This document shows, piece by piece, positions 39,837 through 52,966 of a DNA stretch of 64,000 nt. Source of the stretch: Octopus vulgaris. Taxonomy: Eukaryota. The position numbers were made by a program, and so were the translations under genes. Under the pieces are notes generated by a model. The model ran no database searches, had not been told where the DNA came from, and saw only the letters and a program-made list of their open reading frames with translations. The stretch spans positions 66,216,001 through 66,280,000 of the forward strand of contig OX597817.1 in the NCBI GenBank assembly GCA_951406725.2, in the 5' to 3' direction. Each line of letters opens with the position of its first letter. Position 1 is the stretch's first letter.

Positions 39837-41298
39837 CTAAAAATAGAGGAAGGATTAGAAATTTAGTAAAGGCATCAGACATTTATGGACAACAAAGTTT
39901 TATATTCATGTTGCCAGTGTTTAAGTGAAAAATATACAGTCAGCCCTGTTCTGTCAATGCAAACACAGAATATAGAGACAGCTAACAATAAGATTGCCAG
40001 CAAACTACAGGCACAGATATAACGAACTGCAGACTAGTAAACTCAATACAGAGCTGTTGCTTAAGCTCCAGGTTGGTCCTAACCAGCAGATCTGTATCAT
40101 CAAAAGTATTCTAACAATGACCATCTGCATTTTTGTCAAGTATTTTGTATATTAGACCACATTATCCAATGTAGTTTAATACAGAGTGCTATTTCAAACA
40201 GGTTGAGCAAACAACAGCAGCTCCCTTACAGGGTACCAGGAGTAGTAGTTGGGGAAGTAGCAATATTTAGAGGGATAGTGATGAGGAATGCAAGAATATC
40301 ATTTCAAATAAACAGTCAAATACTGTCTAGGATTAACCCATGTAGTCAAAATACCTATATACCTTAATTCCAGACTACGGGTGTTGTGTCTCAGATAAGC
40401 CTTTCACAGAACAGACTTACAATGATGTACAAGTCATAACCATCCAGTTTATTGGTTTGGTGTAGAGGTATGACTTTCACAAACCCTCTGAGGCTGATAA
40501 GACCATCACAGTTACTGTTGGTCTTGAACAGTTGCAATCAAGAATAGTAGTAAAAACATGTGCAGGAAAGGTCTTCTTGTAGAGGAAAGAATGAATGTAG
40601 TTGTTAGTGTGTGGGTAGTGGAAATAATATAGGTGACTAGAGCAAGATAGACGAGTAAATTGGGAATGACTGAATGGAGATGACACAAAATGAACCAACT
40701 CCAAAGAGTAAAGGCCACAACAGTAGTTGCAGAAAAGACAGAGAGAACAGACACCATATCTGGAGGGAGAAATTTAAATCGATGTGGTTGCTCAGCCAGT
40801 TAGAGATCGAGTAAACTGAGCAACTATGTAGAACTTCTCTTACTGGATTATCACAGTATGGTTAATCATGCAAAGGATTCATACCACTGGTGTCTTCAAT
40901 ATTTGTGATATTCAATAGAAGAGATATGAATCTTTTCTACTTAGTTAAGTTCTATTACACAATTTCCCCACAGAGGAAAAAAAATTGATGTCAAGTGACA
41001 ATATCATAAGTCAAGGAGGATGAACAGTTAAAAGAGTCCTTCCTACAGACTCAATGGATATCTGCTATTGGAATATCAATTGTTATTTGATGTACTGCCA
41101 GCTTAATGAATTCTTTTTATCTTCATTTTGCTTCTGCAATACAAGTGTGTGTTAAGGAGTGTTCATGCATGCACTAGCAAGCATTTGTATATGCATGCAC
41201 TTGGGTGTATTTATGTATGTGAGCATGTGCTTCTTCTGAAATGAATTTTATTAGGAAGTGAAAGAGAGAGAAGTGCACACTTGCATCTTCCCACTTAC

Positions 41299-41430
41299 CT
41301 CTTCCTTACGAGCCACATGACAAATATGCACTGGTCTCTGATATAGTTCAGCAAGCAGTATCACAGCAGCTGTTGTAGTCCCTTCAGCATGAACACACAA
41401 AGGTAAGTTGGCAGGCCAGTTCTCAAAATG
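41299..41430 (-). CDS. CAD: CAD exon (DHOase): [17 protein letters not shown]...[12 protein letters not shown]
   Basis: Translated by hand; tttatag / gtaagt, 132 nt, phase 0-0. Confidence 0.96.
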
Positions 41431-42432
41431 CTATAAAGTAAAAAGAAAAGTAAAATTCATAAAGCTATCTTCTTCAATAATTTTTACCAGTTCTTTAAGG
41501 ATACATATTTTATCAACTCAGACAAAAAGTCAAATTAATTCTACATAACTGAAGCCTAACTCGTAGATCTCAGAATTATCTTAACTCTAAAATGCTCATT
41601 ATGTTTTCTCCAGATAAATCTCCCAATCCTGTTAGAAACTAGAGATTTTGATGAACTGCAGTTATTTCAGCATAAAAATAGAACTATCACATCACTGAAT
41701 GAAATTTGCTGATATATTTCTTAGTGTACATTATGAATGTAGCTTTTAACCTGCTGCCAAGTCACTTTCACCAGTACAGCTGAATATAGGTAAATTGATA
41801 ACATGTAGGCATTTTCACAAACATTTACAAGACATCAATTTCTGGGTATTGATTTCTTAACTCAGAACTGAATTTGTGCTCCAGTTAGTTTCTCTTGAAA
41901 GCCACACAAATCCCATTAGAAAAAAAGCATTCAAAATTATGCTTTCATCATTTCAGTTAAAAAATGTAAGGGATAACAAATTAGTAGTATTTATTCTTAT
42001 TACAATAATAATGCTCTCGTAAATCCACCAGCATGCAAAGAACCTACATTTGAAGTAAAACCCAGAGAAATTCACTTAGTAAAATGCAAAAAATAAACAC
42101 AACTTTGTTTCACACAAAGAAGTGTGCTTAGTTCCAGTTTTAGACCACAAACAACATTATTTGAACTATGGATATGTATTTTTAATAGATCCCTGGCACC
42201 AAGATATGTGCTACAGATCTCTCTAGCTTTGCCATTTCACACCATGTGGTAGGGGCTACTTAGCTCTAAGCCAGCCATGATCAAGCAGACTACATGTACT
42301 CCAGCCATAACTGTTCTGTACTATAAAATATTCAAAATTACTTTTAATATATTTTACTTTTTTCTTAGAAATATCTAGCTGAGAACTATAATAACTACAA
42401 GCATTGCATCATTCATTGAGTGAAAGACATTT

Positions 42433-42615
42433 CTCTTTTACTTGTTTCAGTCATTTGACTGTGGCCATGTTGGAGCACCACCTTTAGTCGAGCAAATAGA
42501 CCACAGGACTTATTCTTTGGAAGCTTAGTACTTATTCTATCGGCCTCTATTGGCAAGTCGGTAAGTTACAGAGACGTAAACACACCAGCATCAGTTGTCA
42601 AACAATGATTGAAGG

Positions 42616-42648
<33 letters not shown>

Positions 42649-42825
42649 CACATACATACATTAAAGCTTCCTTCAGTTTCCACCAACCAAATCCACAAAT
42701 CTGCTCACAAGGCTTTGATCGGTCCAAGGCTATAGTAGAAGACACTTGGCCAAGGTGCCACACAATGGGATTGAATCTGGAACCATGTGTTTAGTAAGCA
42801 AGCTGCTTACCTCACAGCCACTCCC

Positions 42826-42826
<1 letters not shown>
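42433..42826 (-). mobile_element. tRNA-derived SINE (main family)
   Basis: Reverse-complement copy of 53419-53826 with central (CA/TA)n. Confidence 0.88.
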
Positions 42827-42870
<44 letters not shown>

Positions 42871-42874
<4 letters not shown>

Positions 42875-44126
42875 CATCCCATAAATAATACGTTTTTTTT
42901 TTAAAATGCAATAACTAACAGTCAGAGGGGGACAGGATAAACCGCCTGCATCAACTTGCTATATAAGAAGCAGGTAGTAATTTTACCATGTCCTTATTCT
43001 TAGTGCCTGTTTTGAAGAGTGCAGTTCGATTTTAACAGCTATTTTTTCAAAGCTATAATGGAAGCTACAAAGGAGCATATTGGGTATATTATGATTTATG
43101 AGTTCAATAAAGGCAATAATGCAAGGAATATTAATACAGTGTATGGGGATCAGACAATAAGCATAAACCAATGTCAATGGTGATTCCAGGAATTCCAAGC
43201 TGGAAACTATAGCCTAGAAGACAAGCCTCATTCTGGAAAATCTGTTAGAGCTAAATCAGGACCTCCTGCAAACCCTAGTGGAACAAAATCCCATCGTAAC
43301 TGTTGAAGAACTACCAGAGAACTTTGGATATGGTCATTCAAGTCAGCACTAGAAGAAAAACAACCACCTTTAGTTTGAAGACGAAAAGTAGTCTTCCATC
43401 AGGATAATGCTCAGCCACATACAGCAAAGAGGACACTCCAAAGGCTGGAACAGTTTGAATGGGAAACGATGCCCCACCCACCATATTCGCTGGACACTGC
43501 ACCATTTATCACGCAGTCTTCAAAATCATTTGGACAGAAAAAACATGAATTGTGCAGAAGAGGTTAGAACAATACTGGAGATCTTTCATCACAGACAAGG
43601 GAATTTTGGAAAAGGGTCCTTGCAAATCTACCAGATACATTGTCGAAAATGAAGGAGGTATATTTTAGATTAAAAAAGAACTTTACTCTTTTACTTGTTT
43701 CAGTCATTTGACAGCGACCATGCTGGAGCACTGCCTTTAGTCGAGGAAATCGACCGCCAGGACTTATTCTTTGTAAGCCTACCACTTATTCTATCGGTCT
43801 CTTTTGCCGAACCACTAAGTTACAGGGACGTAAACACACCAACATCGGTTGTCAAGCGATGCTGGGGGGACAAACACAGATACACTAACACACACACACA
43901 TATATACAATGGGCTTCTTTCAGTTTCCGTCTACCAAATCCACTCACAAGGCTTTGGTCGGCCCAAGGCTATAGTAGAAGACACTTGCCCAAGATGCCAC
44001 GCAGTGGGACTGAACCAGGAACCATGTGGTTGGTAAGCAAGCTACTTACCACAGCCACTCCTGCGCCTTTATCTTAATTTTGAAAAATAAAAGTATAAAA
44101 ACCATATTATTTATGGGAATATACTA
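42871..44126 (+). mobile_element. Internally deleted mariner, interrupted by a SINE at 43686-44068
   Basis: TIR core tcccataaataat / attatttatggga; remnants FHQDNAQPHTAK and WETMPHPPYSLDTAP. Confidence 0.8.
43686..44068 (-). mobile_element. tRNA-derived SINE (main family), nested in mariner
   Basis: Near full-length copy; possible short TSD cttta. Confidence 0.9.
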
Positions 44127-44148
44127 TATATATGTTAGGGTGACCTGA

Positions 44149-44480
44149 CATCAAAATAAAAATCAAATGGAAGTTGTAGTTGTGATACCCGTGCTGGTGG
44201 CATGCAAAAAAGCACCATCCAAACATGGCCGATGCCAGCGCCACCTTGACTGGCATCCGTGCCGGTGACACGTAAAAAGCACCAACCGATCGTGGCCGTT
44301 GCCAGCCTCCTCTGGCCCCTGTAAAAAGCACCCACTACACTCACAGTGGTTGGCGTTAGGAAGGGCATCTTGCTGTAGAAACACTGCCAGATCAGACTGG
44401 AGCCACCTCCTGACTTCCCAGACCCCAGTCGAACCGTCCAACCCATGCTAGCATGGACTTTAAACGATGATGATGATGAT
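44149..44480 (+). mobile_element. RTE-type LINE 3' fragment
   Basis: Reverse complement of 3908-4240; ends in (GAT)n. Confidence 0.85.
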
Positions 44481-44502
44481 AATATACAGAAAGAGCGAGT
44501 AC

Positions 44503-44667
44503 CTTCTGCCAGTCTGCCATGCTATCTAGTTTGAGGGTAGTGTAAGTTTCATTGAGATACATCTTCAATGCTCCTGCCTTAGCTCCAATTTGAACAAGAG
44601 TTTGTGCATTGTCTTTACTGGCACCAACATTGATACCATAATCACAGTGAGCTGCATTCTTGGCGAT
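44503..44667 (-). CDS. CAD: CAD exon (DHOase): IAKNAAHCDYG...LKMYLNETYTTLKLDSMADWQK
   Basis: tttcag / gtactc, 165 nt, phase 0-0; carries the carboxylated-Lys motif and the flexible loop. Confidence 0.95.
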
Positions 44668-45189
44668 CTGAAAAGAGAGAGATGGAAGCTTCAATTGTGA
44701 TGTCTGGTGGAATTAAATTGAAATTGGAGATTTGGAGGAAGGAGAGGAAAAGCATACAAAGAGGAAGATACAAGAGGCAAAAGTTATAAGAAATATAGAT
44801 GGATGAGACAGTAAATTATGAGAGTTAAAGAGAAATCTAGACAGAGGATTAAGTGGTTGTTTAGTACCAAGTTATGAAGAAACAGTCCTATGATCAAAGG
44901 AATTCTAGTAATGACAACCTTGTTTTTAGATGTATAAGGTAGTTGTGAGGTGTACAAATTGTATGTGAAGGGTGCTAGAAGAAAAATAGGAAAAGCATGT
45001 GCAGTTCCTATATGTGTATGTGCATCTGCAAGCAAATGCATATGGCTTTTTCATACTAAGTATAGTGGTATGTAGATGATAGAAAGTTTGATGACATGTA
45101 GATAAAATGTTATGTAGATGAAAAACTACATTTATAGTTATACACATAACAATTGGGTAAGTAGATGATAGATTAGAAATCTTGATTAC

Positions 45190-45356
45190 CTTCTGAACAA
45201 GAGCAAATGAGGCTTGGTCTACAACTGATGGTTGGGTATTTGGCATGGCCAGAATCATGGTTATACCTCCAGCAAGTGCAGCTTTTGTGGCAGTCTGCCA
45301 GTCTTCTTTCTGAATTGCACCAGGTTCCCTTACATGAACATGAACATCAATAAGAC
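45190..45356 (-). CDS. CAD: CAD exon (DHOase): [13 protein letters not shown]...AMPNTQP...LVQK
   Basis: tcctag / gtaatc, 167 nt, phase 1-0; HxH zinc ligands. Confidence 0.97.
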
Positions 45357-45641
45357 CTAGGAAGTATAGAAAGAGTCCAAAATTATTAACAGCCATCATA
45401 GTTCTTATCAGGGTAACAAGTAAACTGCCAACAAAGGGCTCAGTGGCCACAAACTTAAAACCTTTATTAGCCAAAAGATTGTAAACTTTAATCTTGATAT
45501 ATACAGCCAACATTAAGTTGTTACCAGAACTGTTCTTAGAAAGGATGTACAACAATAATAAATTAATTCAGTTGAAAGGTACACAGTCTGTGAGCTAGGA
45601 GATATGAAGAAATTGCTGAGGAAAGTAAGGTGATTCATTAC

Positions 45642-45723
45642 CTGGTAAACGGACAACTCTGCGAGAAGTCATACAATCATATTGTATTTTCAGAGGTGGA
45701 GCATCTCTAAGCCGACGAAGTGC
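45642..45723 (-). CDS. CAD: CAD exon (CPS-DHO junction): ALRRLRDAPPLKIQYDCMTSRRVVRLP
   Basis: Translated by hand; ttacag / gtaatg, 82 nt, phase 0-1. Confidence 0.95.
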
Positions 45724-47353
45724 CTGTAAGAAATAATATATTAAATATATCTTTCAGTTAGTTACATGTGTTACCTTGGGCACAACAACTGATTAAGAAA
45801 GAGCTTACTGAATATGAAATGAAGTAGAAATAAATATGCTGAACCAATACTACAACAGTTTGACAGATTTTCAAATACTTGTACCCTTAAAATAATCACC
45901 AAGCAGAATCAACTTAATGCTAACCTTTGAATTACACATACAACCTACCAAACGGACTTCCACACAGTTTTCTAACAAATATCACTCACATAGATTAGGT
46001 TGACTCAAGATTATGGTAGATAACATCTTAGTGTGGTGCAGAAGATCAAACTTATATGTGAAGAATTTTTGAAGGTAGTGAGGGTAGAGGAATTTGAAGT
46101 GGGGTATATAATGACTGACACTTATTTTGCTATCTTAAGAACAATGTGGTACTAAGCTAGATAGCACCAGGCTTAGACTGGAACTTTATGTCTCTGTCAT
46201 CTCTGAAGATCTTAAGTAAATAAGTGAATGTGAACATGTGTAATCTTTAATGTTACATCAGTGAATGAACACAGCTGTTTTACATATGTTAGGAGATACT
46301 ATCACAAAGTTGACAATTGTACCAACCAAAAACAATACAATCATCAAACTCAAAAGTGTTCTCAAAATTCTTATAGCCATATATTTTCATAGGCTTTTCC
46401 TTATTTCTCTTATCATCATCATCATCATCATCGTTTAGCGTCCGCTTTCCATGCTAGCATGTTTCTAATTTAGAAAACAATGACTTTGAACTGAATGAAT
46501 TTTTTATGTAAGGAGTATAGCACATGGTAGATTTGGAACGAGATGTTTCAATTTCTGATAGTATAAATGATGAGCAGCAGTAGTAAAAGTGATGAGAGAG
46601 AAAAAAAAAAAAAATTATCAGAAGAATCTGAACTCAACTATAATCTTCCTCCTGACTGACTCAAAATCCATTGACTATTTCTGTTTAATTCCACCATTCC
46701 ATACAATAAGACGAAATGAAGTGCTATATAAAGGTGTAAAAAAGGAATAATGGGGCTCTTTTTTTTTAATAAAAGAAAACTCAGTTTAGTTTCATACAGA
46801 AAACAGGAACCTTTAATACAACAAAACTATGTATGTGTCCAAGTATAGAAATTTCCAAATATACCAAATTTGCAATTTATAAAAATTGCTATTATTGAAT
46901 TTATCTGTAAAATGCTTTCTAACATGAATACTAATTTGTAAAATTTATTTGTTACTTGTTAAACAAGCATGAAGTTATGCTCATTTTGTAATTTTCTTCA
47001 AACATTTTCATGCTATTTTATTGATGTCTGTACCTGTTTTATATGTACTCAAGTTCAATTAAAATTTTAATTATGCATATAACTCCTCCTTTGAAGTCCT
47101 ATACCACATTCCATCCTTTATCTCAGTTAAGTATTGGCTGATAAATCATATGATATTTAAATAAAATTTAAAGACTTTTCTATGTCAGTGATTAACCAAG
47201 TAGTTTCAAGATAATGTAGTTGTAATACATCTTTTGTTAAGATGCATTTCAAATATCACATCAATAAATTTATGAAAAAAAGTATAAATTCACAGTTATC
47301 TTGAGAAAGGTTTTAGAAATATAATAATGAGGTTAAAATAAAAAATCTCTGAC

Positions 47354-47602
47354 CTCAACCAAAAGTTTGGTGCATTTGACATCAGTTATGAGAGGTACAG
47401 AATAATCAATGGCCATACGTCGTGTCTTGTAGCCCTGGGTGACAAAAGATGAAGCCCTATAAGTGCCACCATTACGCATAGGCAAATTGATGACTAGGTC
47501 AAACATGTTTTTAGCCAAGTAGTCTGCTATTGTCCTCTGCTCTACACCATTGCCGTTGCCATTTTCACAGATATTTTCATAAGGCCAGTCCACGGCTTTG
47601 AT
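47354..47602 (-). CDS. CAD: CAD exon (allosteric domain): IKAVDWPYE...TYRASSFVTQGYKTRRMAIDYSVPLITDVKCTKLLVE
   Basis: ttccag / gtcaga, 249 nt, phase 0-0. Confidence 0.95.
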
Positions 47603-47728
47603 CTGGAATAGTAATGAAATAGGGGTCAGTTAATACAATGACATGCAGGGGATACCATATATAGAACATGAAAGAGAGACATAGAGGAAAAGAAAAAAAA
47701 AAAACTTTGATAGAGAGAGGATGCTTAC

Positions 47729-47833
47729 CTTGACACCATGTTCTGTGTAGAAGTCAGCTGTCCCCATACTGGCAAAGAGATTGTAGCCAATTTCTTCAAG
47801 TGTCTTTACTGAAGGAAGCAGCTCATTCTTGTG
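47729..47833 (-). CDS. CAD: CAD exon (allosteric MGS-like domain): [35 protein letters not shown]
   Basis: Translated by hand; tttcag / gtaagc, 105 nt, phase 0-0. Confidence 0.96.
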
Positions 47834-48381
47834 CTGAAATGATAAGCATTTAGAATGAGAGAGAGAAGAGAGAGTGAGAAATGAAAGGAATTGTTAAAAA
47901 ATTATGAGAAGTGAACATGAACACTATAGAGATTAGGCAGCATTATCTTAAAGTAGAGTGGTGGAAACAGGATGAACATTAATACAGTAGATTAAATACA
48001 GTGAGGAAGACGAGAGAAAACAGAAGGCCAAAACGTACTGGTTTTTATATTAGCGAGGAAAAAAACCTAGAAGGCATATCTTACACATCTAATGGCACTT
48101 ATGCATGTAAGCATAAACATTTATACCTACCTGTACCTTACTCCAAGATGTGCACATACTCCTAACACCACTCAACATACCTTGACCTGAAGATGAACAC
48201 TCCGACATACAAACCCAGACATGCAACTCCACTCATAACATTCATACATACACACTAATGACCAGAGACAACCACCCAGTGTGCAGACAAGCAAACCTAG
48301 ACAGGCGAACAAACTCACACTAACAATGGCACTAAGAAACCCATTCCCAGCATATACAAACATTTAAGAGACAATCCTTAC

Positions 48382-48564
48382 CTTGAAGCTACCAATGGAT
48401 ATCAAAATATTTCTATGAGGAATTTTAAATCCTGAGCTGAGTTGAGCCTTGAGGTAAGCTTCATAACGGTCCTCACCAAAGCCAGCGACTTCACCTGTAC
48501 TAGCCATCTCAACACCTAGCAACACATCAGCACCACGAAGACGGGAGAAGGAGAAGACAGGCAC
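48382..48564 (-). CDS. CAD: CAD exon: [26 protein letters not shown]...ISIGSFK
   Basis: ttacag / gtaagg, 183 nt, phase 0-0. Confidence 0.97.
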
Positions 48565-49139
48565 CTGTAACATGTGAGCAAATAGTATGTATATGTACAA
48601 GCATAGAAATTGTGTGTACGTGGGAATAGTGAGATGGTATTAAGTTTATTTTAGTTTAGACTGTTAGAAACTGAATTTAGCCTAGAAAATATTATATGTG
48701 TGTATTTCTTGAAAATAAACAGTTTGCCCATGTATCCAGCTTTTAAGGACACCCTGTACACACACACACACGGTTTTTGTTCTCCGAAAATGCTCTTATG
48801 ATTTTTTTCTGCAAACCTTCATTGCAAAAAGAAGTGCTTTAGTGAACTTGATGCAAACGTAACTATTATAACATATCTTCAAGTCACTTTCTATAATCGT
48901 AACATCTTTAAAAAAGACGTATTGTAACGATAGACAAAAAGGACAGTTGTAGTGAAATTAGAAGTTGTAAGAAAAAGAAGGAATATAAATGGCAGCACAC
49001 TATACATATCTGCAATGTGGATACATCTGTGTCCACTGGAGAATTAACTGTAAATTGTAAGCAATGACAATATACTGTTAGAAACTTTTTAAAAACCTAA
49101 AAAGAAAATAGAATTTTTGAAAATAAAAATCTGTCTTAC

Positions 49140-49307
49140 CTTGAGTGCCACTTTGCGGCAACCAGCAAGAACATTAACTGGTTCCAGTTTCTCTCCCATA
49201 ATGGCTCGGGTGGCCATCGCAATGAAGTCATGGTCCAAAGCTTTAGATACAAATGGAAATGACCGTGACACACGGACATTGCATTCAATCACTTTCAACT
49301 GGTTGTC
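49140..49307 (-). CDS. CAD: CAD exon: [22 protein letters not shown]...RKVALK
   Basis: ttttag / gtaaga, 168 nt, phase 0-0. Confidence 0.97.
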
Positions 49308-49794
49308 CTAAAAAATTTCAATAATAATAAATTTTAGCACTGGCACAAGGCCACAATTTTTTGTTAAGGACAACATAATCAAGTAATGATAGTTTACTCC
49401 AGAAGGATAAAAGGTAAAGCTGACTATAACAGGATACTCCTTACCATTTTTGCCAATCTACTCAACTAAGAGAATATTATTATTATTATTATTATAAAAA
49501 TATGAATCAGGATTGTAAAGTATCCAAATGAAGACTAGTAATGGTGGGGCAAGATAAAATATAATGTATGTCAATTAACTAGACCAAGTTGTTGAAAAAG
49601 AAGGAAAATTGTATTAGAAAGTGAAATACTAAAAATTTTGAGAATGCACAACAAATATCAAACTTAAAACCACATAACACAAGAAACTACATACAAAAGA
49701 TAAGTCATGTTCTAAAAGAAACGAATACACACACCACATAAGAAATCTCTCTCTCTCACACACAAAATATTGTAAAAAAAGAGAAGAAACAAAC

Positions 49795-50013
49795 CTTTGC
49801 AATAAGTTGTAGGTTAAATGGGCCTGTCACTTCAAGTGCTCGGCCAACTGTGCAGCAAATCAACTTGATACGAGCTAGGGTCTTTTCATTGATGTCTTGT
49901 GGTGGTGTCATCAGTGTAGCATCACCAGAGTGCACACCAGCATTCTCAACATGTTCAGAAATAGCCATGCAGACGACCTCTCCATCACATGCCACGGCAT
50001 CCACATCAATTTC
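49795..50013 (-). CDS. CAD: CAD exon: [11 protein letters not shown]...[15 protein letters not shown]...[10 protein letters not shown]
   Basis: ctacag / gtttgt, 219 nt, phase 0-0. Confidence 0.97.
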
Positions 50014-50370
50014 CTGTAGAGAACCCCCACAAAAAAGTTGGTGTAAGTATTGGTAAGATTCATATATGTACAGATCTGAGCTATAAGGAAGGGTGAGTTA
50101 ATAACGAAGGGCAAGAGTGTGTGGAATAACTATATAGGTGATCTGGAAGAGTGAAAGAATTCTGGAGTAGTAAAATGGAAGAGTTTTACTGAAAATAGGT
50201 GACGTTAAGAAGAATTAGGACAAAGAATTGAGGAGAGATTGAACAAGAGGGAAAAGTAAATGAAAAAAAGAGAAAAGCAAATGAGAGGGGGGGGCTACAA
50301 ATTGTGACAGTAAAAGTGATAGCAAGAGACAGAGGAGGAAAAAGAGATCAAATGAATTTGCGGTACTTAC

Positions 50371-50553
50371 TTTAGCTTCAAGAATAAACTTAGAAATAAC
50401 AACTGGATGCTCCTTGGATACAGCACTGGCTTGAGTCAAATAACTTTCCAAATCTTTGTGAGTGTGGGCCACATTCATAGCAGCACCACTCAGGACATAG
50501 GAAGGACGAACAAGGCATGGGAAACCAACAGTATCACAGAATTTTTTGGCTTC
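50371..50553 (-). CDS. CAD: CAD exon: [26 protein letters not shown]...ISKFILEAK
   Basis: ttgcag / gtaagt, 183 nt, phase 0-0. Confidence 0.97.
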
Positions 50554-51356
50554 CTGCAATAGATAGACAACACCATAAAGTAATAAATTAATGAAATCTA
50601 GAAGTTGTCACATTCATACCATTGCCAAAGTCATTAACTACAAAAGTGAAGAAATTTCATGGAAAAACTGCTTCATTTTTCATAGGGCTGTGATAAATTC
50701 TGATAATCAACTTTGCAAATTAATTTTATGAAGTTGTTCACTGGTAATAGTAACATGGTAGTTGTAGTGACAGTAATGTTGGTAGTAGGAGTGAAAGTGA
50801 TGCAGCTTTTGAGGGTTTTTAACATTTTTGTTTTCACAAGTTAGTCAGAAGCTAAAGAGCAGTGCTCATAACATTTGTAGGCCTTCCCAGACTGGTGAAT
50901 TGGTTAGGTTGATGCCCATTCTGAACATTATCTGTAGGAAAAAATAAATGTTGTCCCTGAAAGAATCAAGGTTGTAGTCTAAATGATTGCAGCAGAACAA
51001 ACTCTGTTAATGATAGAAAAGTATAAGGTAGTGGTGTTTAACAGAGTGGCATGTTAAGTGTACCATCATAGTAGATGCACTAACACCACACCAACTAATC
51101 AAATAAAAATATTCAACCAGTACTTTCTATCAACTAACACCATCCAAATGTTTATGAAGTAAGTAATCTATTTTAAAATATGCTTTATTGTTTGTTTAGT
51201 AATCAAAAATCAGCAGATACATTAAGTCATGTAACTAAAGCCTTTTCACTTGCTTTGTACATACCCATGCATATGCACATTCATAGAAGGTGCACTGTCA
51301 GATGAGTGAAAGAAATGTTAAGTGCTTTAAATGATAAAAGGGAAGAGATGTCTTAC

Positions 51357-51479
51357 CTCAAGGTCATCTAACTCTCTCCACAAGGGTTGAGAAATGCCCA
51401 TATTGTCCAACATACGAGAGAACTTGAATCGATTTTCAGCATTATCAATAAACTCAGGTGAGGTACCAAGAATACGAGC
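51357..51479 (-). CDS. CAD: CAD exon: [41 protein letters not shown]
   Basis: Translated by hand; ttctag / gtaaga, 123 nt, phase 0-0. Confidence 0.96.
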
Positions 51480-51842
51480 CTAGAAAGAATAAGAGCAAAC
51501 AGTATAGTAGAAATGGAGTGTGCATATACACACAAAAACTGAAAACTTACATAGTTACTTAATAAATCCATTACATATAAATATGCACATGAAAAAATAT
51601 CCAACTCAAACACACAGTAAACCTATCACAAATATGTGTACAACTAGGCCTCCATGATCAGGGCTGACAACAGGTTTATAAACAATAGCTCAGACAGCAA
51701 ATCCAGCGAAGTAAAACCAAAGAAACATACAAATTAATGCAAATACACATTCATAAACAAGCAAACATTTGCAGATGACGTAAACTTTTTATTGAACATC
51801 ATCCCAATAAATTATGGTAGGTTAGGCTATTAGATAGTTTAC

Positions 51843-51944
51843 CTGTTGTCTGTGTAGAGACATAGCAATGTTGTTTGGCAGTTGACCACCCATTGATAAA
51901 ATAATTCCTTCTGGGTTCTCTAGGTCATATATGTCCATTACAGT
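51843..51944 (-). CDS. CAD: CAD exon: [34 protein letters not shown]
   Basis: Translated by hand; tttcag / gtaaa, 102 nt, phase 0-0. Confidence 0.96.
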
Positions 51945-52502
51945 CTGAAATCATCAGAAAGAAAAAGAGAAATAATTAGATATAAAAATAATGGATTTTA
52001 TATATACATATAACATAATCATTGTTTTAAGTTCAATGATATGGTTGGATGGGCCATTGTTGCACTAATAGATTGCTTATAAGTTTCATTTTTGGCTTGG
52101 TTTCTACAGCTAGATGTTCTCTTTAACACCAACTACTTTAGTATGTATTGGGTAGATTTTTCATAACACCAGCACTAGAGAGGTGGTTTCATCTTCAACA
52201 AGAATAAGGTGTCCTCACAACCAGACAGTGTACTAGGCACAAAATCTTGTGGTGCCAGAACTAGAGAGGATAGAGCCAGTGGCAAGTAGAAATAGGTGGA
52301 TAAATGAGTGAATGAAAGCTGACAATAACTAATGGCCAGTGAGGAGTACATATAATGAATATAAGGTACATGCAAGTCTCATGAGGTCACTTAAGTAATA
52401 TATTTTATGGTGATGAAAGAGCTAGGGTGGGATAAAGAGTGGAGAGAATCCAATAACAATGTATTGTAAACCAAAGAAATCAACTTCTATGTGTGTGTGT
52501 AT

Positions 52503-52568
52503 ATATATCGATCTATATAACATTATATATCTATCTATATAACATTATATATCTATCTATATAACATT
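52503..52568. repeat. 22-bp minisatellite x3
   Basis: atatatctatctatataacatt repeated three times. Confidence 0.9.
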
Positions 52569-52966
52569 GAGAAGAGTAAGCTTTTCTTTTCATATGTTTA
52601 ACCAATGTTACAAATAGAAACTATAGAGTGGTACAGTTACTGTTGGAACCAGCCAGAAAACCTCTACATTTAAATGATTTGCTACGTGCTGTTTCAAATC
52701 TTAACACAAGGGTAATAAGGACCAAGACAAGTTCTATCAGGTTCATTTACTATGAAAGCAGAAACTTCAGCTAGCCAATAAGGGAGCCTGTACGTGGCAG
52801 CTCAACTTGCTAGAAATAGCATGAAAAACTTACTCAAAATTAGTCTTAAAAAAAAAAACTAGATAGTCATAGCAGTAATGAATATGACATTAAGTTTAAT
52901 CAAGAGTAACCTAAAATATACAAAAGACTGAAAAAATACAAATACATAGATTTTATTAGTTGTTAC

